Position numbers and translations under genes: made by a program. A stretch of DNA of 64,000 bases from an uncultured Rickettsiales bacterium. GTDB taxonomy: Bacteria > Myxococcota_A > UBA796 > UBA9615 > CAYRNR01. The notes beneath the pieces were generated by a model. The model was not told where the DNA came from. It ran no database searches and was given only the letters and a program-made list of their open reading frames with translations. Every line of letters begins with the position of its first letter. The first letter of the stretch is position 1. The DNA lies in contig CAZDDH010000002.1 of the NCBI GenBank assembly GCA_964504165.1, forward strand, positions 24,327 through 88,326, written 5' to 3'. Below are positions 1-11,912 of this stretch, piece by piece.

Positions 1-1116
1 GTACACCACGATGGTGTCGTTGAGTGAATACCCGACGATGGTCATCAACGCGCCGATGATGGGCAAGTTGAACTCGAAGCCGAACAGGAAACCGCACACG
101 GAAAACACGCCCGCGACGATGAGCACGTCGTGGAGCAGCGCCACCACCGCACCGGGAGCGAAGCTGAGCTCGAAGCGGAAGGCGATGTAGACCAGGATCA
201 GCCCCAGGCACACGAGGATGGCCAGCATCCCCTGCGTTCGGAGCTGGGCACCCACCTTTTCACCGATGGAGTCCACCTGGACGATCTCGAAGGATTTGCC
301 TTCGAGCACCGGAGCGGTGGCGAACAACTCCTGGATCTTGTTGGTGATGCCGGGCAGCGCGATGGTGAGCCCGTTGGTGTAGCGGGCATCCCGCACGACC
401 CACTCGGCCTCTTGCAGCTGCTCTGGCTCGGCGATGGGCGCTGGTGGTTCTTCCACCACCTCGGCAACCTCGGCGGCGGAGTCGTCGTCCGTTGCGGAGT
501 CGTCGTCCGTGGGCAGCACACCGTCGGCGGAGTCGTCGTCCGCGGCGGCAGGCTCCTCCGCTGCTGACTCCTCGGCGTCCGCCACGGCGTCCGCCACGGC
601 GTCCGCGGCCTCTTCCACGGCCTCAGCCGTGGGATCGACGAGGGGCTCGGGCAATGCGCCCTTTTCGATGAGGAAGGTCTCCACCTCAAGCGGGTTCATG
701 CGCTCGACGGGGACGACCGTCATCTTGAGGTCCTTCTCGGCGTCGAAGACCCAGTCGGAGAAGGTGCCGGCCCCGTACTTCTCTTCCAGCAGAGTCTTGA
801 TCTCCTGGTAGGACTCGTCCGCGCCAAAATTGATGTGCTGGACGCGCACCAGGAACTCGCCCGAAGCGCTACCACCGTAGGACTGCACGGAGTCGTCGCT
901 CATACCCAGCGATCCGACGGCACGCCGCACCTTGCCGATCTCGATGGGCTCCTCGAACTGGACGTGGATCTCGGTACCGCCGGTGAAGTCGACCCCGTTC
1001 TTGGCCAGGAACTTGTAGGCCAGCAGGGAGACGACGATGGCGATGACGGAGGCGATGGCCGCGACCTTGCGCCCGCCGACAAAATTGATGTTCGTACCCG
1101 GTCGAATGATCTCCAT
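1..1116 (-). CDS. secF: Protein translocase subunit SecF (3' end runs off the window); carries an acidic low-complexity insertion
   Basis: Not in the ORF track; translated by hand. ATG at 1116 after a GGAGG RBS gives MEIIRPGTNINFVGGRK...GVDFTGGTEI...YIAFRFE...LLHDVLI...IVGYSLNDTIVVY, which are SecF motifs. Lies directly downstream of secD. Confidence 0.95.
   Translation of the reverse strand, partial: MEIIRPGTNINFVGGRKVAAIASVIAIVVSLLAYKFLAKNGVDFTGGTEIHVQFEEPIEIGKVRRAVGSLGMSDDSVQSYGGSASGEFLVRVQHINFGADESYQEIKTLLEEKYGAGTFSDWVFDAEKDLKMTVVPVERMNPLEVETFLIEKGALPEPLVDPTAEAVEEAADAVADAVADAEESAAEEPAAADDDSADGVLPTDDDSATDDDSAAEVAEVVEEPPAPIAEPEQLQEAEWVVRDARYTNGLTIALPGITNKIQELFATAPVLEGKSFEIVQVDSIGEKVGAQLRTQGMLAILVCLGLILVYIAFRFELSFAPGAVVALLHDVLIVAGVFSVCGFLFGFEFNLPIIGALMTIVGYSLNDTIVVY
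476..542. repeat. Three copies of GCGGAGTCGTCGTCCG (476, 494, 527) encoding DDDSA repeats in SecF
   Basis: Exact 16-bp direct repeats read from the sequence. Confidence 0.85.
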
Positions 1117-1128
1117 GATGCCTCCTGA

Positions 1129-2910
1129 TCAGATGCTCAGCCGTTTGGGCTCGTATTTTTCGGTCCAGTAGCTGAACAACAGTCGGGCCACGACCAGGGC
1201 CGAGAACAGGGTCGTCAAGATACCGATCATCAGGGTGACGGCGAATCCCTTGAGGGGGCCGGTGCCGTAGGAGTACAGCACCACCGCCGCAATGAACGTT
1301 GTGATGTTGGCGTCCACGATGGTCCACCAGGCCTTGTCGAAGCCTGCGGATGCTGCGACCCGTGGCGATTTGCCCAGCCGTAGCTCCTCGCGGATACGCT
1401 CGAAGATGATGATGTTGGCGTCCACGGCCATACCGACCGTGAGGATGATGCCGGCGATGCCAGGTAGCGTCAGGGTCGCCCCGAAGGCCGACAGCGCTGC
1501 CAGCAGCAGCATCAAGTTGGTTCCCAGGGCGATGTTGGCGATGACGCCGCCGCCCCGGTAGTAGGTGATCATGAACAGGATCACCAGCAACGCACCGACG
1601 GACAGGGAGATGACACCGCGCCGCACCGAGTCGGCGCCCAGGGTGGCACCCACCGTGCGGTTCTGCTCGATCTGCACCGGCGCTGGTAGGGCACCGGCCT
1701 GGAGCACGATGACCAGGTCCCCCGCCTCCTGGGCCAGGTACTGGGCGTTACCCGCCCCCAGCGTGATGCGCACGCGGCCGCCGCAGATGGGCTCGTCGAT
1801 GCGCGGCGCCGAGCGGACCACGTCGTCCAGCACGATGGCCATCACTTCCTTGACGTTGGCCGTGGTCAGGTCGCAGAAGATGTCCGCCCCCTCGGGGTTG
1901 AGGTTCAGCCCAACGTAGGGGACGTTGAACTGGTCGTAGGCGACGAAGGAGTCGGAGAGCAGGTCACCGGTGAGGTCCGCGTTCCGCTTGATCAGGTAGG
2001 GGCGGATGCGCCGGCTCTCGCCGGTCAACTCGTCCCGCTCCTTCTCCCAGAGGATCTCCGTCCCCTCGGGGATGCGGTCCTTCATGAGATTCTGGACCTG
2101 CAAATCGCTGTAGTCCTCGCCCAGGCCGTGTTCGGCGATGGCCTGGTTGACCATCGTCTCCACGTTGGAGGGGCCGATGGTGGTGTCCACCATGCGGAAC
2201 TCCAGCTGAGCGGTCTGACCGATGAGCTTGACCGCCCGATCCTGGTCGGTGATACCGGGCAACTGCACCGTCACCTGGTCCACACCCTTGGGGGCGATGA
2301 CCGGCTCGTTGACGCCGAACTCGTCGATGCGATTGCGGATCGTCTCGATGACCTGATCGACGGAGTTCTTCTGGATGTAGGCCTTCTGGTCCGGCAGGTA
2401 GTCGACCACGACCACCGGGTTGCCCTCCTTGCGCCGTGTCTCCAGGTACTCGAAGGCCCGGTGGCCCGTGCGGAAGTAGTCCCGCACCAGCTTGTCCTGG
2501 CCATCCTCGGGCACCACCACGCCGATCTGGCTGCAGGGCGGATCCCCGCAATCCAGGTAGCGGAACACATCGGGATTCTCGATGCCTTCCCGCTTGAGCC
2601 CCTCGATGATCCCCTCGATGGCTCGGTCTGCGGCCACCTCGACGGCGTCGTTGACGCCGCCGCCGAGGACCAGATCGATGCCGCCCTGGAGGTCCAGGCC
2701 GAGGTTGATCTTCTTCTGGGGGATGACCTTGTCGACAAAGGCGGGAGCCACCCTGTCCGGTCCGGGTTCTTCACCCCGCGCCCTGGATTTCTCCTTCTGC
2801 GCGATCTCGTCCTCGGTGTCCCATCCGCCGATGGTCCACACCAGGAAATACGCGCCCAGGAAAACCACCAGGGCACTTACGATTGCTGATAACCGCCAGT
2901 TTCCGCTCAT
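1129..2910 (-). CDS. secD: Protein translocase subunit SecD
   Basis: LGLDLQGG, IRNRIDEFGVNEP, GALPAP, VGATLG, GMAVDANIIIFERIREE and DANITT motifs; yajC-secD-secF synteny. Confidence 0.97.
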   Translation of the reverse strand: MSGNWRLSAIVSALVVFLGAYFLVWTIGGWDTEDEIAQKEKSRARGEEPGPDRVAPAFVDKVIPQKKINLGLDLQGGIDLVLGGGVNDAVEVAADRAIEGIIEGLKREGIENPDVFRYLDCGDPPCSQIGVVVPEDGQDKLVRDYFRTGHRAFEYLETRRKEGNPVVVVDYLPDQKAYIQKNSVDQVIETIRNRIDEFGVNEPVIAPKGVDQVTVQLPGITDQDRAVKLIGQTAQLEFRMVDTTIGPSNVETMVNQAIAEHGLGEDYSDLQVQNLMKDRIPEGTEILWEKERDELTGESRRIRPYLIKRNADLTGDLLSDSFVAYDQFNVPYVGLNLNPEGADIFCDLTTANVKEVMAIVLDDVVRSAPRIDEPICGGRVRITLGAGNAQYLAQEAGDLVIVLQAGALPAPVQIEQNRTVGATLGADSVRRGVISLSVGALLVILFMITYYRGGGVIANIALGTNLMLLLAALSAFGATLTLPGIAGIILTVGMAVDANIIIFERIREELRLGKSPRVAASAGFDKAWWTIVDANITTFIAAVVLYSYGTGPLKGFAVTLMIGILTTLFSALVVARLLFSYWTEKYEPKRLSI

Positions 2911-2949
2911 ATTGTCACCGCCCGCTACAGTAAAGCCACGAGGCCTGCA

Positions 2950-5451
<2,502 letters not shown>

Positions 5452-5573
5452 TCAAGGTGCCAAAGATCAAACCGAAACCGAGGTGAAATGGCCCCTGGAT
5501 CTCGGCAGGGTCGCCCCTTTTACACACAGCCCTCGACACCCGTCAACGACGGGTCGGGTCGGAGGGCCGCGGT

Positions 5574-5602
5574 AGACTAAGGGGCGGGCCGCCCAGTGTC
5601 AA
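5574..5602 (-). promoter_or_regulatory. Sigma70-type promoter TTGACA-N17-TAGTCT for the queA-tgt-yajC-secDF operon
   Basis: Perfect -35 (5597-5602) and a TAnnnT -10 (5574-5579) with a 17-bp spacer, upstream of queA. Confidence 0.65.
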
Positions 5603-5671
5603 CCGGCAAATCGCTATTTCGGCTGTTAAAACAAGGGGTTGTCGGGGAGAAAAGGGAGAACCGTGGTTTGG

Positions 5672-5884
5672 CTACCTGGGTTTGTCGTCTCGGGGCCAAC
5701 CGCGGGTGGTTTCCGGCTTCTTCGTATTACCCGGATTCTTCTCCACGGGAATGCGCAGCAGGGGAACCTCCCGAGGCGCATCGATGCACAACCGGACCCA
5801 GTTCCCCTTCACCCGCTTGATATAGATCTTGATATCGTCGCCGATTTGGAGGACTTCGCCTTCTTTTTGAGTGAGCACGAGCAT
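5672..5884 (-). CDS. csrA: Carbon storage regulator CsrA-family protein (divergent)
   Basis: MLVLTQKEGEVLQIGDDIKIYIKRVKGNWVRLCIDAPREVPLLR matches the CsrA pattern MLVLTRK.GE.I.IGDDI...V.G..VRLGI.AP..V.I.R. Confidence 0.8.
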   Translation of the reverse strand: MLVLTQKEGEVLQIGDDIKIYIKRVKGNWVRLCIDAPREVPLLRIPVEKNPGNTKKPETTRGWPRDDKPR

Positions 5885-5997
5885 CCGCGGGTTCTTTCCT
5901 TGTCATGCGGCCGCTTCCTGCAGGCCGACATTGCCCAACACGTATCAAGCTATCACATGCCCGGTCGGGTTTTTAGGACTTTCCGCGGTAATGAGAG

Positions 5998-6714
5998 TTA
6001 TCTGCCCGATCGAACTTGGCTCTTCCTGAGGGGCGGAGGGAGCGGCTTGCCGGTCCGATCTTCGTAGGCCTGCCGGATGCGCTGAAGGTCATCCATCGCC
6101 TTGCGTTTTTCGGCCGGGTTCCGCAGCAGGTATGCGGGATGGTAGGTCACGATGACGGGTACGTCGCCCCGCTGGTGGAGCTGCCCACGCAGCCGGCCGA
6201 CCGGGGCGGTGCTGTCCAGCAGGAACTGGGCCGCCGGCCGTCCCAGGGCCACGATCAGCCGCGGCGCCAGGGCCGCCAGCTGCCGGTTCAAAAACGGCGT
6301 GCAGGCGGCGACCTCGTCCGGTTGCGGGTTGCGGTTGCCCGGGGGCCGGCACTTGAGGATGTTGCAGATATAGACCTGGCTGCGCTCCAGCCGGAGCACG
6401 TTGGTAATCATGGCTGTGAGCATGCTGCCGGCGGCCCCCACGAAGGGGATGCCCTGACGGTCCTCCTCCTCGCCCGGCGCTTCACCCACGAAGACGATCT
6501 CCGCCCCCTCGTCGCCGTCCCCGAAGACCAGATGGTTGCGGTCGGACGCCAGGGAACACCGCTGGCAATCCCCCAGCTCGGCGCGCACCTCGTCCAGGGA
6601 TTCGCTCAGGGAAATCGGCTCCCCCTCGGGCACGGCGGCCGCACCGGCCTGCTGGACCTCCAGGTAGGTGCGCAGATCTCGGGACAGCTCTAGTAGTTCG
6701 TCCTGTTCACTCAT
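5998..6714 (-). CDS. Uracil-DNA glycosylase, family 4 (Fe-S)
   Basis: CQRCSL, GEAPG.EED.QG.PFVG.AG, NILKCRPPGNRNP and TYHPAYLLRNP. Confidence 0.93.
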   Translation of the reverse strand: MSEQDELLELSRDLRTYLEVQQAGAAAVPEGEPISLSESLDEVRAELGDCQRCSLASDRNHLVFGDGDEGAEIVFVGEAPGEEEDRQGIPFVGAAGSMLTAMITNVLRLERSQVYICNILKCRPPGNRNPQPDEVAACTPFLNRQLAALAPRLIVALGRPAAQFLLDSTAPVGRLRGQLHQRGDVPVIVTYHPAYLLRNPAEKRKAMDDLQRIRQAYEDRTGKPLPPPLRKSQVRSGR

Positions 6715-6734
6715 CGGTTCCTCGGAGTCGCCGC

Positions 6735-9392
6735 TCAGGGGAGCGTGATGGCTACCGTGCCTGTGTTGCCGAACTCGTCCGCCACCTGCAGCAGATAGTT
6801 GCCAGCCTGCTGGCCCGCCAGATCGATCTGCAGGACGCTCGAATCGCTGGAAGTGGTGGCGGGTAGATCGGCCAACTCGACCACCGGATCACCGCCCCCT
6901 TCGGGGAGCAACGCCACCGCGGCCCGCGGGTCGCCCTGCCCACCCACCAGCGGGGTGGTGGTCCGGTAATCGCTGCTCATGTGCAGCAGCCGGAATCCGC
7001 GGGGTGCGGCCCGGTAGGCCGCCGACAGCTCCAGGCTGCTCCCCGACTGGGACACCACGGAAACGGCCAGGGCGTCCTCACCGGTGACCTCGAAGGGATC
7101 GCTGGTGACCTCGTAGGGGACGCCGTCGAAGGGGAACTCGGTGTCCGCCGGATCGGTACACAGCCCGTCGGCCTTGAACCGATACCGGCCGGCCGGCATG
7201 CCGGCCATGGAGTCCAGATCGGGCCGATCCGTGACCACCTGCCATTCCACGAGCCAGTTGTGGTGCCGGTCCTGTCCCTCGTACGGCTCCACCAGGGGGT
7301 CGGGGGTGTAGCTGAGCATCATGTCGTAGCCACGATCGGTGAGGGGGAGGCCGTTGGGTAGCAGGACGTCGGCCCAATCCTCGGCGCCGGGCGTCTGCTC
7401 TGCCTGCAGCGTGATCACCGGTAGATCAATGACCGGGTCGCCGCCGTGGAACAGGAAGTGGGCCATCCCCGAGACCCGGGGGATCGTCGCGTCCGGTTGG
7501 GCCTGGGCCGGTTGCCAGGCGTCGCGGGTCCACAGGTACTCGTAGATCTCGTCCGGGACGGTGCCGCAGCCGGGGGCTGCGTCGGGAACGATGGGGTCCT
7601 GCTCCCAGGGTGGATAGTCCTGATCCTCGTAGTCCGGCCAGGTCGGATCCTCGCCCACGGTGGTCGTCGCCAGGCCCGAGAGATCCACGATCCGTTCCAG
7701 GATGTACTCCCCTTCCAGCGGTCCCCAGACGTTGATCTGCGCTTCGTAGCCACCGCGCATCCAGTCTTCGACCGACAGGATGTACCCCTCGTGGTCCATG
7801 GCGAAGCCCATCACGATGGAGGTCTCGACCCCGTATTCGTCGAGCATCCGCTTCTGATACGAACGGCCGAGCATGGTGGCGGGCTCCCCGGGAATGAACC
7901 CGAACACCACGTTCTGGACGCTGGTCCCCTCCCCGGCCGTCGTGACCGGTACGCCATCCAGGGCCAGCGCCCCGATCATCGTGGAGGTGGTCTCCACGAG
8001 CGGCATCTCCAGATCGTAGTACTCGTCCATGTGGAAGCTGATCTCGATCAACGCCGAGACCATCTCCACGTCGGCGCACGAGTTGTATGGATAGACATCC
8101 ACGCCCATGCCCACGAAGCTCAGGTCGATGGAGGTATCCCCGCACAGGCCCGCGCCGTATGGGGCGGTGAATTCGTCGTAGGGGTTCACCGAGAGGCCAT
8201 CGTCCCCGTACACGACGTAGTCGGGCTCGTAGTCCTCGTCGTATTCCAGATAGTGCAGGTCCACGGTGCCGCCGCGGGTGACCCGCATGTCCCGTCCCAT
8301 GGGAACCGTACGCACCAGCCCTTCCAGCCGGATGGGATCGGTGCTGGTCTCCACGGCCTCCCAGAACGTTTTGATGCGATGCGCCGCGTGCTCGCCCACG
8401 GACTCCATGCGGGCAAAATCGTCCTGCACCCCCGCGGGAGACATGTCGCCGCCGTTCACCTGGAAGTGCATCAACGTCAGCGGCTCGTCGAACAGGTTCT
8501 CCAGCTTGAGTTCGATGGCGCCGCTGGATTCGGACGTGGCCATGGCGTTGTTCTCGCCCATGATCGTGCCGTGGATTCCAAAGCCGAACAGGATCGCCAT
8601 CGGATCGTCGTCTCCGGCGTCCGGCGTTCCCTGGCTAGCGTCGATGCGCACCATGTACAGATTCGGGTCCTTGTAGTCCTCACCGACGGTGACGCCCCAG
8701 TCGTCCACCAGGCCCAAGTTGTCGTCCCGCCGGTTGCGGAAGATCTCGTCGTCCGGATCGAACTGGGGATCGACGCCGATGCCGATGGCCGCCGGCACCG
8801 CCCCGGCCTGGGCCGCCACCGCCAGCTCCGTCGTCTGGTCCACGATACGTTCGAAGATCTCGGGCTGGAACCGGTCGTGGCCCAGGAACAGGAAGTGGGC
8901 CTGCGAGAAGTTCCCGTATGCATGATGGCTGTGCCCGGTGATCAGGAAGACATGATCCGTGACGTCCACGCCGGTGGCCGCCGTGATGGCGTCCTCCAGG
9001 CCGTTGACGAGGGCGTCGTAGGCGTAGATCAGATCCAGCTTGACGAGGACGACCACCTGGTCCCCGGACTCCAGCCAGATCACGTGCATCGGCAGCCGGG
9101 TATGGACCCCCATACTCGGGTCGAATGCCATCGTATAGGAGGAATCGCGGCCATCTTGGCTATCGGTCCCCCCGAACAGGCTGCAGCGGCCGGTGTAGCC
9201 GGACAGGGGGAGCCCGACCGGCAACTCCAGCGTGCCGTCGGCGGTCCCGGCGGAGAGCTCGGCTTCCTCGATCTCGTCCCAGTCGGGGGGAGCCGTGTCG
9301 TCGTCCCCCACCGGATCCTTCTTGCACCCGGCCGATCCCATCAGTAGCAAGCCGAGGATCCAGACCAGGAATCGGTAATCTCCGTGTGTCAT
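6735..9392 (-). CDS. Neutral/alkaline ceramidase-family lipoprotein
   Basis: Lipobox (SAGC) followed by ceramidase-like motifs LSGY, GHSH, GIHGT, GGDMSP, IPGEP, DHEGYIL and GGYEA; extended beta-rich C-terminus. Confidence 0.75.
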   Translation of the reverse strand: MTHGDYRFLVWILGLLLMGSAGCKKDPVGDDDTAPPDWDEIEEAELSAGTADGTLELPVGLPLSGYTGRCSLFGGTDSQDGRDSSYTMAFDPSMGVHTRLPMHVIWLESGDQVVVLVKLDLIYAYDALVNGLEDAITAATGVDVTDHVFLITGHSHHAYGNFSQAHFLFLGHDRFQPEIFERIVDQTTELAVAAQAGAVPAAIGIGVDPQFDPDDEIFRNRRDDNLGLVDDWGVTVGEDYKDPNLYMVRIDASQGTPDAGDDDPMAILFGFGIHGTIMGENNAMATSESSGAIELKLENLFDEPLTLMHFQVNGGDMSPAGVQDDFARMESVGEHAAHRIKTFWEAVETSTDPIRLEGLVRTVPMGRDMRVTRGGTVDLHYLEYDEDYEPDYVVYGDDGLSVNPYDEFTAPYGAGLCGDTSIDLSFVGMGVDVYPYNSCADVEMVSALIEISFHMDEYYDLEMPLVETTSTMIGALALDGVPVTTAGEGTSVQNVVFGFIPGEPATMLGRSYQKRMLDEYGVETSIVMGFAMDHEGYILSVEDWMRGGYEAQINVWGPLEGEYILERIVDLSGLATTTVGEDPTWPDYEDQDYPPWEQDPIVPDAAPGCGTVPDEIYEYLWTRDAWQPAQAQPDATIPRVSGMAHFLFHGGDPVIDLPVITLQAEQTPGAEDWADVLLPNGLPLTDRGYDMMLSYTPDPLVEPYEGQDRHHNWLVEWQVVTDRPDLDSMAGMPAGRYRFKADGLCTDPADTEFPFDGVPYEVTSDPFEVTGEDALAVSVVSQSGSSLELSAAYRAAPRGFRLLHMSSDYRTTTPLVGGQGDPRAAVALLPEGGGDPVVELADLPATTSSDSSVLQIDLAGQQAGNYLLQVADEFGNTGTVAITLP

Positions 9393-10603
9393 GTCCTTGC
9401 CTCCAGGAGGGCCGCCAAACGGGTGAGGATCTCCTCGGACACCTGCTCCTTGGACTGGAGCGGCAGCTCCAGCGGATCGGCGCCCGGGGCGAGTATCGTC
9501 ACCACGTTGGTCTCATGCCCAAATCCCGCCCCCTCGTGCGTCAGATCGTTGGCCACGATCAGATCCAGGTTCTTGCGGCGCAGCTTGCCCGCCGCCTTCT
9601 TGTGTAGGTCCCCCGTCTCCATGGCGAAACCCACGAGCACCTTTTTCCCCTTGCGGCTCCCCAGGCCGGCGAGGATGTCCTGCGTTCGCTCCAGCTCGAG
9701 CTGAAGGTCCGCGGTCTGCTTGGCCACCTTGCCCTGCTGGACCTCGGACGGCCGGAAATCGGCCACGGCCGCCGACATGATCACGGCGTCCACGTCATCG
9801 AACCGCTCGTCGACGGCCTGCGCCATCTGGGCGGCAGTCTCCACGTGGATCACCTGGACTCCGGGCGGATCGGTCAGGCCCGTGGGGCCGCTGACCAGGA
9901 TCACCCGGGCCCCGCGCCGCCGGGCCACCCGCGCGACGGCATAGCCCATCCGCCCCGAACTCGGGTTGGTGATGTAGCGCACCGCGTCGATGGGCTCCCG
10001 GGTGGGCCCGGCGGTGACCAGCACGGTCTTGCCGGCCAGGTCGTTGCCGGACAGGGCGGCCAGCACCTCTTCGAGGGCGGTCTCCGGTTCGGGGAGACGG
10101 CCGGGGCCCACCGCTCCGTTGGCCAGGCGGCCCGTCTCCGGCTCCACGACGATGTAGCCACGGGAACGCAGCAACTCCATGTTGGCGCGGGTCGCAGCGC
10201 TCTCCAGCATGCGGTGGTGCATGGCCGGCAACAGGACCACCGGGCCGCGGCAGGCCATCGCCGCGAGCTCCAACGCGTCCTGGGCGCGCCCGCCGGCGAC
10301 GCAGGCCATGAAATCGGCCGTGGCCGGATAGACGACCAGCGCATCGGCCCAGTCCGTCAGCTCGATGTGGATCTCGCCGGCGGAGGTGCGTTCCAGATCC
10401 CAAAGATCCGTGATCACCGGGTGCCCCGAGAGGGCGTGGAAGGTCGGCGGCCCGATCATCTTGACCGCCGACTCGGTCATCACGACCTTGACGTCGATCC
10501 CGGCCTCCCGCATCCGCCTGAGTAGCAGGCAGGCCTTGAAGGCGCCGATGCTCCCGGTCACTCCCAGCAGTACCTTGTGCCTTGTATCCAAGCGAACCTC
10601 CAC
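9389..10603 (-). CDS. coaBC: Bifunctional phosphopantothenoylcysteine decarboxylase/ligase
   Basis: LGVTGSIGAFK, PATAD, PAMH, TAGPTREPIDAVRYITNPSSGRMG, AAVADF, GFAMET and IVAND. Confidence 0.95.
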   Translation of the reverse strand: MEVRLDTRHKVLLGVTGSIGAFKACLLLRRMREAGIDVKVVMTESAVKMIGPPTFHALSGHPVITDLWDLERTSAGEIHIELTDWADALVVYPATADFMACVAGGRAQDALELAAMACRGPVVLLPAMHHRMLESAATRANMELLRSRGYIVVEPETGRLANGAVGPGRLPEPETALEEVLAALSGNDLAGKTVLVTAGPTREPIDAVRYITNPSSGRMGYAVARVARRRGARVILVSGPTGLTDPPGVQVIHVETAAQMAQAVDERFDDVDAVIMSAAVADFRPSEVQQGKVAKQTADLQLELERTQDILAGLGSRKGKKVLVGFAMETGDLHKKAAGKLRRKNLDLIVANDLTHEGAGFGHETNVVTILAPGADPLELPLQSKEQVSEEILTRLAALLEART

Positions 10604-10723
10604 TCCGACTCGAGTCTGACTCGATTCATATCATGAACGAGGATTCATACCACCTGCGATTGACCCAAGTCGCCGGAAAATCGGATGATCAGGCCGTACC
10701 CGCACCAGGGAATGGGTGGTGGA

Positions 10724-11893
10724 ATGGGATCGTTGCTCGGTTTCGTGATCGTGCTCCTGATTGCCGTGGCCGTTGGCTACGCCGCGGTAACCTGGGGTTT
10801 GCTGTGGATGTTCGGACGGACCCTCCCCGTGGACGAAGTGCACCACGTGGACGTCGGGGGGGGCTGGCAGGCGGCCCTGCACCGCCTGCGGCCGAGCCGC
10901 TCTGCGGGGGACGCGCCACGCCGGCCGGTCATCCTGGCCCACGGTATCGCCATGTGCAGCCGTTTCTGGCACATGACCCCGGAGACCTCCTTCGCGCGGT
11001 ACCTGGCCCACCGCGGGCACGATGTCTGGATCGTCGAGTACCGGGGCGTCGGCGCGAGCCAGCACCGGGGCAACCAGCCTGCCTGGGACTACTGCCTCGA
11101 CCAGTACATCTTCGAGGACGCACCGGCCCTCATCGGATACGTCCGTCGGCTGACCGGCGCCCGGCGGGTCAACTGGGTCGGCCATTCCATGGGCGGCATG
11201 ATCCTCTACGGCTACGCCCAGGCCCACGGTACAGACCACCTGGGCCGGGTGGTCACGGTGGGAACACCCTGCAAGCTCGGCAAGGGCGCCAACCACCTTC
11301 GCATCCCGGGCTGGATCGTGCCCTTCGCCCTACGCGGCGTGCGCTTCCCGCTGTACCGCTTCGTGCGCTGGACCATGCCCTTCTCCGTCTATCTCAAGAA
11401 CTGGTTCCTCCCCACCTTCTACAGCGTGCGCGAGACGTCCACCGCGGACATCGCCGCCCTGTTTTCCCGGGGCGTGATGGACCTGTCTTGCAAGCTGTTG
11501 CGCCAGTTCCACGGCTGGCAGCGCAGCGGTGACATGTTGCTCGAGGACGGGGAGAGCCGCATCGAGGAGGCGCCGGCCACCCTGGACCGGCCCCTGCTGG
11601 TCGTGGCGGGCGCGGCAGACCGCCTGGTGCCCCCACACACTGCCCTGCCGGCCTACGAACGCTGCCCGTCGCCGGAGAAGGCCCGCCGGGTATTCGGAGG
11701 CGAGGGCGATGCCGCACCCCGCCTGGGGCACAACGACCTCATCGCGAGCGCCAATGGGGCCCGCTGGGTCCAGCCGGTCATCGCCCGGTGGCTGGAACGG
11801 GTGGACGAAGACGACGACCTGTATGAGGACGAAGACGACGATCCGGAAGAGGCGGGGGACGAGGACGAGGGCTCCCTCGACGGCGAAGAGTAG
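10724..11893 (+). CDS. Alpha/beta hydrolase (lipase/PhaC-like) with N-terminal TM helix and acidic tail
   Basis: Nucleophile GHSMGG, acid GAADRLVP and His GHNDL; Asp/Glu-rich C-terminus. Start taken at MGSLLG. Confidence 0.8.
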   Translation: MGSLLGFVIVLLIAVAVGYAAVTWGLLWMFGRTLPVDEVHHVDVGGGWQAALHRLRPSRSAGDAPRRPVILAHGIAMCSRFWHMTPETSFARYLAHRGHDVWIVEYRGVGASQHRGNQPAWDYCLDQYIFEDAPALIGYVRRLTGARRVNWVGHSMGGMILYGYAQAHGTDHLGRVVTVGTPCKLGKGANHLRIPGWIVPFALRGVRFPLYRFVRWTMPFSVYLKNWFLPTFYSVRETSTADIAALFSRGVMDLSCKLLRQFHGWQRSGDMLLEDGESRIEEAPATLDRPLLVVAGAADRLVPPHTALPAYERCPSPEKARRVFGGEGDAAPRLGHNDLIASANGARWVQPVIARWLERVDEDDDLYEDEDDDPEEAGDEDEGSLDGEE

Positions 11894-11912
11894 TCCGAAC
11901 CACAAACCCGAG

